Assembly: GCA_945885475.1 (NCBI GenBank)
Contig: CAMCYR010000006.1
Span: 22,231-86,230, forward strand
Source: Chitinophaga pinensis
GTDB lineage: Bacteria > Bacteroidota > Bacteroidia > 2-12-FULL-35-15
Length of the DNA: 64,000 nt
Direction: 5' to 3'
A program made the translations under genes and the position numbers. The notes under the pieces are model-generated. The model was not told the origin of the DNA. It saw nothing but the letters and a program-made list of their open reading frames with translations, and ran no database searches. Below, piece after piece: positions 50,410 through 59,976 of this stretch. Every line of letters begins with the position of its first letter. Position 1 is the first letter of the stretch.

Positions 50410-50751
50410 TTATAGTATTTCCAATACTTTTTCAGGAGGTCGTCCAATAATGGCTTTTTTACCATTTACGATGATCGGTCTTTCAATCAAAATAGGATTA
50501 TCAGCCAATGCTTTTACCCATTGCGCTTCCGTCAGTTTTTTAGCGGCAAATTTTTCTTTATAAATAGTTTCCCCTTTTCGAACTATTTCTTCTGCTTTCA
50601 TTCCAAGCATTTTTAAAAGCTCTTTTATTTCTTTTTGGGTAGGAGGCGTTTTTAGATATTCTATTATTTCAGTCTTTACTTTCTTGTTTTCCATGATCGT
50701 GCAAACGTCTCTGCTTTTTGAACAACGGGTGTTGTGGTAGATTTTGATCAT
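50410..50751 (-). CDS. ArsC/Spx-family protein (glutaredoxin-type arsenate reductase-like)
   Basis: YHNTRCSKSR, PILIERPI, GRPPE. Confidence 0.9.
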   Translation of the reverse strand: MIKIYHNTRCSKSRDVCTIMENKKVKTEIIEYLKTPPTQKEIKELLKMLGMKAEEIVRKGETIYKEKFAAKKLTEAQWVKALADNPILIERPIIVNGKKAIIGRPPEKVLEIL

Positions 50752-50767
50752 AGTGCTAGTGTTTATG

Positions 50768-50981
50768 GGAACGCAGATTTATTAAAATTTTTATGATTAA
50801 AAAGGATATAATTTTTTGTTATGAAATAAATTATGATTAATAAAAACATATTTTTTCATAATTGTGATCAGTTTTTACACACCCCTAAACCCTCTCGAGA
50901 GGGGAATGGATTATCTTACGATTTTAATAAACCCCAATAAAAATCATACCTTGTCATAATCATCATAAAAATCTGCGTTCC
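50768..50981. repeat. Gene-free element bounded by a 13-bp perfect inverted repeat, with a nested palindrome
   Basis: ggaacgcagattt (50768-50780) and aaatctgcgttcc (50969-50981); internal TTATGAT/ATCATA sub-repeats; palindrome ccctctcgagaggg at 50890-50903. Confidence 0.75.
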
Positions 50982-50988
50982 GATCCTT

Positions 50989-52078
50989 TTACGAATTCCC
51001 ATATTCCATTAAATACGCCTTAATAAAATCATTCAGGTCCCCATCCATCACTGCTTGAATGTTGGATGTTTCATAACCCGTTCTCACATCTTTAATTAGT
51101 TTGTATGGATGAAAAACATAGTTGCGAATTTGAGATCCCCATTCAATTTTCTTTTTATTTCCTTCAATCACATTTATCGCTTCACGTTGTTTTCGTAATT
51201 CAATTTCAAACAATTGTGATTTCAATAATTTGATCGCATTTTCTTTGTTTTGCAGTTGTGAACGTGATTCCTGATTTTTAATGATAATGCCGGAAGGCTT
51301 ATGATACAATCTTACTGCTGTTTCTACCTTGTTTACATTTTGTCCGCCTGCGCCACCTGCACGGAATGTTTCAAATTCAAGATCAGCAGGATTAACATCT
51401 ATTTCAATTGTATCGTCAATTAGAGGGTAGGCATAAACGGAAGCAAAAGAGGTATGTCTTTTTGCATTGGCATCGAACGGTGAAATGCGGACAAGCCGGT
51501 GTACACCGTTTTCACCTTTTAAATAACCGAAAGCAAAATCGCCTTCAAATTCTAATGTCACCGATTTTATTCCGGCTGTATCGCCATCTGTACGGTCGGT
51601 TTCTTTTATTTTATAACCATTTTTTGTGCCCCACATCATATACATACGCATGAGCATTTCTGCCCAGTCGCAACTTTCTGTTCCACCGGCTCCGGCATTG
51701 ATCTGAACAACACAACTCAGTACATCTTCTTTGCCGCTAAGCATGTTTTTAAACTCGATCTCCTCCAGTAAAATAACTGTGGTTTGATATTGTTGTTCTA
51801 CCTCAGCTTCGGTTGCCTCGCCTTGTTTAAAAAAATCATACATCAAGGCAAGATCATCCATATTGCTTTCTGATTTAGCAAATGAAAGCGTCCAGTTTTT
51901 TTTGATCTTGGTTTGTTTCAGCAGTTCTTCTGCTTTTTTTGGGTCATCCCAGAAATTCGGTGCGAGTGCTTTTTCTTCTTCTTCAGCTATTTCGCGAAGC
52001 TTACGATCGATGTCAAAGATGCCCCCTTAACGCACTCGTGCGCTCCCGAAGGTCTTTTAGTTGGTCTGTAGTAATCAT
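50989..52078 (-). CDS. prfB: Peptide chain release factor 2, with programmed +1 frameshift
   Basis: SPF and GGQ motifs; ATG 52078 gives 21 codons to CTT-TGA-C, then the +1 frame DIDRKLRE...FWDDP joins the 51861 ORF. Confidence 0.96.
52012..52027 (-). promoter_or_regulatory. prfB +1 frameshift cassette AGGGGG-CAT-CTT-TGA-C
   Basis: SD-like AGGGGG 3 nt before the slippery CTT TGA; canonical RF2 autoregulation. Confidence 0.93.
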
Positions 52079-52224
52079 GGTGTAAAGTTAATAAATATTG
52101 GGAATATGGTCGGGAAATAAGAGTATTTTTGTATTCTTCTATTCCAATTTAAGCCTTAAATTTTAACATTCACGCGAATGAGATTTGATAGTAAAGCCCG
52201 AAAAAAAATAGAATAAGAGACACA

Positions 52225-52704
52225 ATGCAGACAAAATATTTCAGAACAACTACCGGTGAATATTGTCACATCAGCAATGACACTGTTTTTATTTTTAATA
52301 CAAAAGAGCCTAGCCGTGTTCCATTGGAACATGAATTAAGCAATGCCTGGAGTGTGAAAAGCATCCTGAACTATATTCTTTTTGTTCTGCTTCTGATCTA
52401 TATTATGTTTTCTGTTTCCTATTACAATATTGGCTTTTTTGCGGAGCCCATCAATTATGGTGGACTTTTGCTTTTGTTTCTTTCTTTTATCCGCATGAAA
52501 GAAGGATTTATCAGTAGCAATACACCAATGATTCCGCGCAATAAAATTAAGTCTGTTTACCTAAAATCGCCCATGTTTTCGTATCCCCGCGTGGTCATTT
52601 ATTTTGATGGCCCGGAGGGAAAAGTGCTGCGCAGAAATATTTCTGTTAAATACAAAAAAGAAGCGGAACAGATTCTGGCTGAGGAAGGTTTATTGAAAAG
52701 TTAA
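52225..52704 (+). CDS. Hypothetical 2-TM membrane protein
   Basis: ATG after an A-rich leader; two hydrophobic segments. Confidence 0.7.
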   Translation: MQTKYFRTTTGEYCHISNDTVFIFNTKEPSRVPLEHELSNAWSVKSILNYILFVLLLIYIMFSVSYYNIGFFAEPINYGGLLLLFLSFIRMKEGFISSNTPMIPRNKIKSVYLKSPMFSYPRVVIYFDGPEGKVLRRNISVKYKKEAEQILAEEGLLKS

Positions 52705-52837
52705 TCCCACAATTTTTCATAAGATCAAAAATGTCCGCAGTACAATGAAATTTGAGTGTTTATGATCGTATTATTTTTGTTTCTTCATTCTTAAATTGTA
52801 CTCCAGATCCCTTTATCACACCTTAATTTTTTATCAT

Positions 52838-53326
52838 TTAATCTTCTTTTCCTTTTATATTTTCCCACACCAGGTCGCTTTCAAATCCTCTGGAAATAGC
52901 GTATTGCGCCGCTTTATAATTCCGGATTTGAATTTTTCCTTTGTTGTTTTCTTTTAGCTTTTTAGCGATAATTTCCTTGAGTATTTTTAAATAATCCGAC
53001 TCTTCAATTTCCAACATTCCTTTCCGGATGCAATAATCGGAGATCTTCCTTTTTTTTAATTCGATCCTGATCTTTATCCGTCCCCACTTTTTTATTCTGA
53101 ATTTCCCACCAGCATATGCTTTTGCAAATCGTTCTTCGTTTAAAAAATTATCCGAAATCAGGTTGGCGATAATATTTTCAACATCGTTGCTGAATAGTCC
53201 CCATTCGTAAAGTTTATCGCGCATTTCTTGCTGACAACGTTCCTGATAGGCGCAGGACAGTTGTGCTTTTATAGTTGCCTGATTGGGTGTGAGTTTTTTC
53301 TTTGGTTTTTTTTCTTCGAAATCCAT
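52838..53326 (-). CDS. recX: Regulatory protein RecX
   Basis: CAYQERC, FLNEERFA, KWGRIKI, SRGFE. Confidence 0.9.
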   Translation of the reverse strand: MDFEEKKPKKKLTPNQATIKAQLSCAYQERCQQEMRDKLYEWGLFSNDVENIIANLISDNFLNEERFAKAYAGGKFRIKKWGRIKIRIELKKRKISDYCIRKGMLEIEESDYLKILKEIIAKKLKENNKGKIQIRNYKAAQYAISRGFESDLVWENIKGKED

Positions 53327-53406
53327 AAACTAAATAGCTGAATTGTAAACGTTATAGATGGATGTCAATCATTGGAACATATCAAATGTAATTCAAAAAG
53401 TTCAAT

Positions 53407-53435
53407 AAAAAAACGCTTCAGTTTCCTGAAGCGTT
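53407..53435 (-). terminator. Rho-independent terminator after the Rne/Rng gene
   Basis: aacgcttcag/ctgaagcgtt stem with a U-run on the minus strand. Confidence 0.75.
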
Positions 53436-53466
53436 CTGATCAATATCAACCGGAAATTCCGGAGTA

Positions 53467-55023
53467 TTAAATTTTTATCTCATCCTCATTTTTATTTAAA
53501 AAATGATATTCTAAAAAGTTGTATGATGAAACGGAACGTACTTTAAATTTTTTACCCAGCTTTTTTGCCCATTTGTGTTTTAGGGAGCTGAAGAAAAATC
53601 CTTTCGTGATGTATGCTTCCAAATATGGATGCACGCACAAGGTGACATCAGATTCGTTTTGTTCTTTAAGGATATAACGCAAGTTGTTTTCGATTTGATC
53701 GATCAGGATGATGCTCGCTTGAATTTCACCGCTACCTCCACATGTAGGACATTTTTCCACGGTCACGATATTCATCTCTGGACGAACACGCTGGCGGGTA
53801 ATCTGGATCAATCCGAATTTACTTGGCGGTAAGATATTGTGTTTTGCTCTGTCTTTCGCCATCTCATCGCGCATTCTCTCGAACAGCAATTTTCGGTTTT
53901 CAGCAGAATGAAGATCAATAAAATCGACAACAATAATTCCACCCATATCACGCAGGCGCAACTGACGAGCAACTTCAACAGCTGCTTCTAAGTTTACCTC
54001 AAGCGCATTCGTTTCCTGTGTATTGTCCGATTTAGCACGGTTACCGCTATTTACATCAATAACATGCAATGCTTCAGTATGCTCTACAATTAAATAGCCG
54101 CCACTTTTCATCGTTACTGTTTTTCCAAACAATCCCTTGATTTGACGGTCGACACCAAAATTATCGAAAATAGGTGTGGTGCCTTTGTAGAGCTTTAAAA
54201 TATTTTCTTTATCGGGAGCAATCGTATGAAGGTAATTTTTCGTTTCTTCATACAATACCTGATCATTGATATGAATGCTGTTGAAACTTGCGTTTAACAA
54301 ATCGCGCAGAATTGCGGAAGTACGATCCAATTCGCCCAATACTTTTTGAGGAGGCTGAGCAGTTTTTAATGCTTCAAAACAAATGTCCCATTTTTTTACA
54401 AGATCATTCAGATCGGCATCCAGATCGGCAACACTTTTTCCCTCTGCAACTGTACGAATAATAACACCAAAGTTTTTAGGCTTGATGCTCGCGATGAGTT
54501 TTTTCAATCGCGTTTTTTCATCATTCGTTTTTATTTTTTGCGAAACAGATATTTTATCTGAGAAAGGAATTAAAACTAAATAGCGTCCTGCTAATGAAAT
54601 TTCGGTAGTGATGCGCGGACCTTTCGTGGAGATTGGTTCTTTGGCGATCTGAATAAGGATCTGCTGATTGGAGCTGATCACATTTCCTATTTTACCATCT
54701 TTGGGAATATCGCTCTCAAACTTAAAATACATTAAGTTGGAAGTAGTTTGTTTTCCCGTTTGCACCAGTTTGGTGTATTTCCCGAATGAAGCGGCCTGTG
54801 GCCCCAGATCCAGATAATGCAAGAATGCATCTTTTTCGTATCCAACATCCACAAAGGCTGCATTTAAACCGGGCATTACTTTTTTAACGCGTCCCAGGTA
54901 AATGTCGCCAACAGAAAAGTTATTGTTGCTTTTTTCTCGATTAAGTTCTACTAATCGTTTGTCATTTAATAGTGCAATAACAACTTCGGAGGGTGTTGAA
55001 TCAATGATTAATTCGCTGTTCAC
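53467..55023 (-). CDS. Ribonuclease E/G family protein
   Basis: S1 domain GDIYLGRV..AAFVDVG, IDVNSG, RLRDMGGIIVVDFID, CPTC; GTG 55023. Confidence 0.95.
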   Translation of the reverse strand: MNSELIIDSTPSEVVIALLNDKRLVELNREKSNNNFSVGDIYLGRVKKVMPGLNAAFVDVGYEKDAFLHYLDLGPQAASFGKYTKLVQTGKQTTSNLMYFKFESDIPKDGKIGNVISSNQQILIQIAKEPISTKGPRITTEISLAGRYLVLIPFSDKISVSQKIKTNDEKTRLKKLIASIKPKNFGVIIRTVAEGKSVADLDADLNDLVKKWDICFEALKTAQPPQKVLGELDRTSAILRDLLNASFNSIHINDQVLYEETKNYLHTIAPDKENILKLYKGTTPIFDNFGVDRQIKGLFGKTVTMKSGGYLIVEHTEALHVIDVNSGNRAKSDNTQETNALEVNLEAAVEVARQLRLRDMGGIIVVDFIDLHSAENRKLLFERMRDEMAKDRAKHNILPPSKFGLIQITRQRVRPEMNIVTVEKCPTCGGSGEIQASIILIDQIENNLRYILKEQNESDVTLCVHPYLEAYITKGFFFSSLKHKWAKKLGKKFKVRSVSSYNFLEYHFLNKNEDEIKI

Positions 55024-55206
55024 TCTAAAGTTTTTTAAATAAATACAATACACCCATCACCCCTTGGTTAGGAGCTTGTGGAATATATTAATAATTGGGC
55101 TTAGCTTAATTCCGGCATTGCGGAAAGAAAACAAACAAATGTGTGCTAACAAACAGAATAGAAATATTAGTTTCTATTCTGTAAAATAAAATTGAGCTCA
55201 CACCTT

Positions 55207-55245
55207 AAAAATTAATCCTTTCCCGATAAATACCGGGAAGGAATT
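55207..55245 (-). terminator. Stem-loop/terminator after the bS22-like ORF
   Basis: aatcctttcccg...cgggaaggaatt stem followed by a U-rich tail on the minus strand. Confidence 0.55.
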
Positions 55246-55333
55246 ATTTTTTCTTATGTCTGTTTTTTCTCAAACGTTTTTTACGTTTGTGAGTAGCCAT
55301 TTTATGTCTTTTTCTTTTTTTACCGCTTGGCAT
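55244..55333 (-). CDS. 29-aa basic peptide, bS22/mS38 (AURKAIP1/COX24)-like ribosomal protein; below the ORF-track cutoff
   Basis: MPSGKKRKRHKMATHKRKKRLRKNRHKKK*; ATG 55333, TAA 55244-55246. Confidence 0.85.
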   Translation of the reverse strand: MPSGKKRKRHKMATHKRKKRLRKNRHKKK

Positions 55334-55364
55334 GACTTTAAAATTTAATGTTTAAAAAATATAT

Positions 55365-56228
55365 TTATTGTTTCTGACCCGGAGTTTCCTCCGTGGTTAA
55401 TTTATTGATGTAATCCTGTACTTCAGTTTTGATGGTTACGTCATCTACTAACGCAACATATTTTTTTAAGCTTTCAATCGCACTTGCTTTGTCACCCTTT
55501 TGCTGATAAGCATCCGCTAAATGCAAATACGCTTCAATGAAATCGGGTTGAATTTTCAACACCTTCTTAAATCTGGCAATTGCTCTGTCCCACTGTCCCG
55601 ATTTTTCAGAGAAAAATGCAAAATTTAATTGCAGATTTACATTGTTCGAATCTGTTTTTTCAATCTCACGCAACATTCCGATTCCTTTCATCGGATCCGG
55701 ACTGCCTTCTACATAACACGACGCTAAATTGATCTTCGCATCTAAGTTTTTCGGATTCAGTTCCAACACATGTTCGAAACCTTCAGTTGCTTTTCCGAAT
55801 AATACAGGACGACTTGCTTCATCAACAAATCGAGTAGCTGCATAATAACGGTTGGCAGCTTCCATCCAATTACTTTCTGTTGGCGATGCTTGTGCCGCCT
55901 GCTCCATATAATAAGCTGCAACAGAAGGATTTCGCAAACTGTCCCACATATCAATCATCTTTTCAAAAGCCACTTTTTTATCAGGCGAAGTTTTTATTGC
56001 TTCTTCTAAGGCGGCAATTGCTTTTTTATCTCCTGCAGCTAATCCATCCATTGCACTTTTAACTATTTTAGTTAAAGCGGAATTGTTGGAGTCGCCATGA
56101 TCATGATCAGCTGTTTCGGCAACGTCTTCCTTTTTAGGGAGCAGTTTTGTGTTTGCAAATAATAAAAGAACGATAAGTACTATTGAGCTTGAAATGACTG
56201 CTATTTGAGTTTTATTCAGTGCCTTCAT
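55365..56228 (-). CDS. Membrane-anchored tetratricopeptide-repeat protein
   Basis: N-terminal TM, TPR motifs (LELNPKN, LKIQPDF.EAY). Confidence 0.85.
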   Translation of the reverse strand: MKALNKTQIAVISSSIVLIVLLLFANTKLLPKKEDVAETADHDHGDSNNSALTKIVKSAMDGLAAGDKKAIAALEEAIKTSPDKKVAFEKMIDMWDSLRNPSVAAYYMEQAAQASPTESNWMEAANRYYAATRFVDEASRPVLFGKATEGFEHVLELNPKNLDAKINLASCYVEGSPDPMKGIGMLREIEKTDSNNVNLQLNFAFFSEKSGQWDRAIARFKKVLKIQPDFIEAYLHLADAYQQKGDKASAIESLKKYVALVDDVTIKTEVQDYINKLTTEETPGQKQ

Positions 56229-56299
56229 TTTTTTTATTTAATTCAAAGTTTAATTGATCAACATGTTGCTTGTTCTAACCTTTTAAACTTGGAATTGTT

Positions 56300-56599
56300 T
56301 TAAACTGTTGCTTCTTTTTTAACGTTTTTCTTCACCTTCTCTGCAAATGTTTTTGCCGGTTTAAAAGCCGGTATATAATGCGCAGGAATAATGATGGTCG
56401 TATTCTTGGAAATATTTCTTCCTGTTTTTTCAGCGCGTTTTTTTACGATGAAACTACCAAATCCTCTTAGATAAACATTCTCTCCACTTACCATAGAGTT
56501 TCTTACCGATTTCATGAATGCTTCTACACTTGCCTGAACTGCAACTTTTTCAATTCCTGTTTTTTCTGCAATGTCGTTAATGATGTCTGCCTTTGTCAT
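56300..56599 (-). CDS. HU/IHF-family DNA-binding protein
   Basis: MTKADII, VYLRGFGSF, RAEKTGRN, PAFKP; TATCTTTG box at 56657-56664. Confidence 0.95.
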   Translation of the reverse strand: MTKADIINDIAEKTGIEKVAVQASVEAFMKSVRNSMVSGENVYLRGFGSFIVKKRAEKTGRNISKNTTIIIPAHYIPAFKPAKTFAEKVKKNVKKEATV

Positions 56600-56739
56600 A
56601 CTTCTATAAACTATTTATAATCAAACAATTAATACACTTCCGATTTTTTCGGGAGGCAAAGATAGTATTTTAATTTTCAAACAAAAATTTTAATCGTATT
56701 TTCGAGCTTCTTTTAATAAAATCAAGATTGACGCTACGT

Positions 56740-57810
56740 ATGAAGCACTTTTCTTCCGAAATTATCTCCTGGTACCTCCAAAACAAGCGTGATCTGCCAT
56801 GGAGGAATACAAATGATGCCTATCTGATCTGGCTTTCGGAGATTATTCTGCAGCAAACCCGTGTGGATCAAGGGATGTCTTATTATCTGAAGTTTGCTGA
56901 ACATTTTCCTACTGTAAAGCACCTTGCCAATGCCGACAATGATCTTGTAATGAAACTCTGGCAGGGTTTGGGATATTATTCCCGTGCCCGCAACCTGCAT
57001 GCCGCAGCAAAAACAATTCATACTACATACAAAGGAACGTTCCCCGATTCATATGAGGCTATTCTTTCCTTAAAAGGTGTGGGCGATTATACAGCCGCTG
57101 CCATCGCCTCATTCGCTTTTAATAAACCGCACGCTGTAGTGGATGGAAACGTTTACAGGGTGCTTTCAAGGGTATTCGGTATTGAAACTCCGATCGATAG
57201 CGCTGCAGGTAAAAAGGAGTTTTATAAACTTGCCAATGAACTCATTGATAAGAAAAAACCTGCTCTGCATAACCAAGCTATAATGGAGTTTGGCGCCCTA
57301 CAGTGCAAGCCCGTCAACCCCGCTTGTCCCGCTTGTCCGCTCAACGCGAATTGTTTCGCTTTCGCGAAGAAGCTGGTGGATGTATTGCCTGTAAAAGAAA
57401 AGAAGACCAAAGTGCGGAACCGCTACTTTAATTATTTTGTATTCAATCATAAAGGTACCATCGCCCTCCATAAACGCATCGGAAAGGATATCTGGACCAA
57501 TCTGCATGATTTCCCCCTGATTGAAACATCCGAAGCATTGACCGAAGAGCAACTGCTAAGATCTTCCGAATGGAAAAAAATGATGGGAAAGAGCACCTTT
57601 GTTGTAAAATCAATTTCCACAACGTATAAACACATTCTCAGTCATCAAAAAATTTATGCCCGTTTCATTGAGATCGTTTGCAAAAATCCTTTAAAAAATA
57701 ATTTACCCAAAGATCTTATTATTATTAAGGAAAGCGATATTCATAAGTATGCTGTTCCACGATTGGTGGATTTGTATCTGGAAAAGAGAAAAAGTGTTTC
57801 TGTTAACTAA
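56740..57810 (+). CDS. mutY: A/G-specific adenine glycosylase
   Basis: RDLPWR, SEIILQQT, WQGLGYYSRARN, VDGNVYRV, 4Fe-4S Cys cluster, HILSH. Confidence 0.97.
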   Translation: MKHFSSEIISWYLQNKRDLPWRNTNDAYLIWLSEIILQQTRVDQGMSYYLKFAEHFPTVKHLANADNDLVMKLWQGLGYYSRARNLHAAAKTIHTTYKGTFPDSYEAILSLKGVGDYTAAAIASFAFNKPHAVVDGNVYRVLSRVFGIETPIDSAAGKKEFYKLANELIDKKKPALHNQAIMEFGALQCKPVNPACPACPLNANCFAFAKKLVDVLPVKEKKTKVRNRYFNYFVFNHKGTIALHKRIGKDIWTNLHDFPLIETSEALTEEQLLRSSEWKKMMGKSTFVVKSISTTYKHILSHQKIYARFIEIVCKNPLKNNLPKDLIIIKESDIHKYAVPRLVDLYLEKRKSVSVN

Positions 57811-57828
57811 AATTTATTTTTTTGAATT

Positions 57829-58082
57829 GTCATTTTGGGCGGTGTCCCGAAATTTTATTCGATGAATAATAGAATTAATTGTTTGTAAGGTTTCTCGACC
57901 TTCGACTTCGCTCTTGGTGACACTGAATTTGTTAGTTCGATTAGCGGAACGGAGTGGAGCGTATCGAAAACGCTTCTCGATATATTCCTCCTTTTGTCGG
58001 AATTACTGGAAGTGACATTGTCTATTGTATTTCGACATTTTAACCTTTCGCCTGACCTACCTTTGGTCGCGCTCGAAATGAC
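57829..58082. repeat. GTCA-terminal REP-doublet cluster, copy 2, inside an outer inverted repeat
   Basis: 57892-58056 is an inverted copy of 14399-14557; outer arms gtcattttgggcg (57829-57841) and cgctcgaaatgac (58070-58082). Confidence 0.88.
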
Positions 58083-58156
58083 TTGCAACAATCATGTTCT
58101 TCTTTGGAAGTAAGGCCATTTTTTCTTATGTTTGTTCTGAATAAATTTTTTAAAAA

Positions 58157-58564
58157 ATGGCAGGTGTCAATAAAGTAATATTGGTTGGAAATTTAGGGAA
58201 AGATCCTGAAGTGCGCCATCTAGAAGGTGGAACGGCGGTTGCTAACTTCACGCTGGCAACTACAGAAGTATTTAAAGATAAAAGCGGAGTACGTCAGGAA
58301 CAAACCGAATGGCACAGTATTGTTGTTTGGAGAGGATTGGCGGAAATAGCAGAAAAGTACTTGAAAAAGGGAATGACGATCTATCTCGAAGGAAAATTGC
58401 GTACCCGTTCATGGGACGATAAGGAAGGCCATAAACGAAATTCAACAGAAATTGTTGGTGATACGTTTACTATTTTAAGTAAAAAGGAGAATCCTCCTTC
58501 AGCAGGTAATGCGGATGAAGGACAGAGCAACAGCCCTAAAACAGTGGATGATCTTCCTTTTTGA
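58157..58564 (+). CDS. ssb: Single-stranded DNA-binding protein
   Basis: [29 protein letters not shown]-terminal DDLPF; TATGTTTG box at 58127-58134. Confidence 0.97.
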   Translation: MAGVNKVILVGNLGKDPEVRHLEGGTAVANFTLATTEVFKDKSGVRQEQTEWHSIVVWRGLAEIAEKYLKKGMTIYLEGKLRTRSWDDKEGHKRNSTEIVGDTFTILSKKENPPSAGNADEGQSNSPKTVDDLPF

Positions 58565-58623
58565 TGCGTTTGTTTGCAAACCACTATCTTTGCAAAAATA
58601 AGTTTAACTAATATTCCGATATT

Positions 58624-59976
58624 TTGGCCGTCACGAGTACCAGTCTTCTGTTTCATCCTTCGCTTTTAAGCATTGTCGTTAACCCATTATCTTTAAGTAT
58701 TATTGTCGCAATAGTTGCCATGTTCATGATGTTGCTTGTTGTTGCATTGGTTTCTGCAGCCGAATCAGCATTTTTCTCATTGTCACCCAACGATATGGAG
58801 GAGTTAAGAACCTCCGATTCTAAAGTAGATCAAAAGATATTACAGATCATTGAAGCTCCGAAGCGTTTATTGGCGACCCTGCTGATAAGCGTTAATTTTA
58901 TTAATATCTCTATCGTTATTCTCAACGCTTCTTTTATTTTTGGACCGGAAGGATTGTTCGATTTTCCTGGCAGTCCTACTTTGGGCTTTGTGATTCAGGT
59001 GATCGCAGTTACCTTTTTGATTTTGTTGATAGGAGAAGTTACACCAAAGATCTACGCTACTCAAAACCCTTTGAATACATCCCGTAAACTAATTTATTTT
59101 GTGTTCGTGCTGCAGAAATTGTTTTATCCAATCAGTTCATTCTTGATCTTCACAACTTCCTTGCTTGATAAATTAATAAAGCCAAAATCGCACAATATTT
59201 CTGTTGATGAATTATCACAGGCATTGGATCTCACATCTGATGAAGATATCCCTGAGGAAGATCACAAAATTTTGCAGGGCATCGTAAAATTCGGGAATAC
59301 CGATGTGAAACAAATTATGCAATCGCGGACACATGTCACCGCTTTTGAAAATAAAATTGGTTATACAAAGTTACTAGCCGACCTGACTGCTTTTGGTTTT
59401 TCCCGTGTTCCCATCTATAAAGAATCACTTGATAATATTGTTGGTGTTCTCTACGCAAAGGATTTGCTTCAGTATGTGGATGAAGGTGATTCTTTCAACT
59501 GGCAAAGCATTTTACGTCCTCCGTTTTTTGTTCCTGAGAATAAAAAAATTGATGATCTTTTACGCGAGTTTCAATACAAGAAAACACATTTGGCTGTGGT
59601 AGTGGATGAGTATGGTGGAACATCCGGGATTGTTACGCTGGAAGATGTTATCGAAGAAATTGTGGGAGAGATAAACGATGAATTTGATGACGATGATTTG
59701 GTTTATTCAAAGCTGGATACAAATAATTTTGTATTCGAAGGGAAAGCACCTTTGAATGATGTAGCAAGAATTCTGGAAATTGATGGTGTTGACTTTGAAG
59801 ATGCAAAAGGCGAAGCAGACACACTTGCCGGTTTGATTATTGAAGTCGAAGGCCGGATTCCTACCAAGAACGAAAAAATTGTTTTTAAGAAACTGGTATT
59901 TACAATTGAGTCGGCAGACAACAGAAAAATTAAACGTGTTAAAATTTCAATTGAGCGGGAAAATGAAAATGAATAA
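58624..59976 (+). CDS. gldE: GldE-like CNNM/CBS/CorC domain protein
   Basis: AAESAFFS, GEVTPK, FSRVPIY, VVDEYGGTSGIVTLED, TLAGLI; mutY-ssb-gldE-gldD synteny; exact start uncertain. Confidence 0.85.
   Translation: MAVTSTSLLFHPSLLSIVVNPLSLSIIVAIVAMFMMLLVVALVSAAESAFFSLSPNDMEELRTSDSKVDQKILQIIEAPKRLLATLLISVNFINISIVILNASFIFGPEGLFDFPGSPTLGFVIQVIAVTFLILLIGEVTPKIYATQNPLNTSRKLIYFVFVLQKLFYPISSFLIFTTSLLDKLIKPKSHNISVDELSQALDLTSDEDIPEEDHKILQGIVKFGNTDVKQIMQSRTHVTAFENKIGYTKLLADLTAFGFSRVPIYKESLDNIVGVLYAKDLLQYVDEGDSFNWQSILRPPFFVPENKKIDDLLREFQYKKTHLAVVVDEYGGTSGIVTLEDVIEEIVGEINDEFDDDDLVYSKLDTNNFVFEGKAPLNDVARILEIDGVDFEDAKGEADTLAGLIIEVEGRIPTKNEKIVFKKLVFTIESADNRKIKRVKISIERENENE

Noticed and set aside
50989-52078. 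prfB as a frameshifted pseudogene
   Set aside because: The break is exactly the canonical CTT-TGA programmed frameshift with an upstream SD-like sequence.
57855-58091. 78-aa minus-strand ORF between mutY and ssb
   Set aside because: It coincides with the REP composite also present at 14399-14557; repeat-derived.
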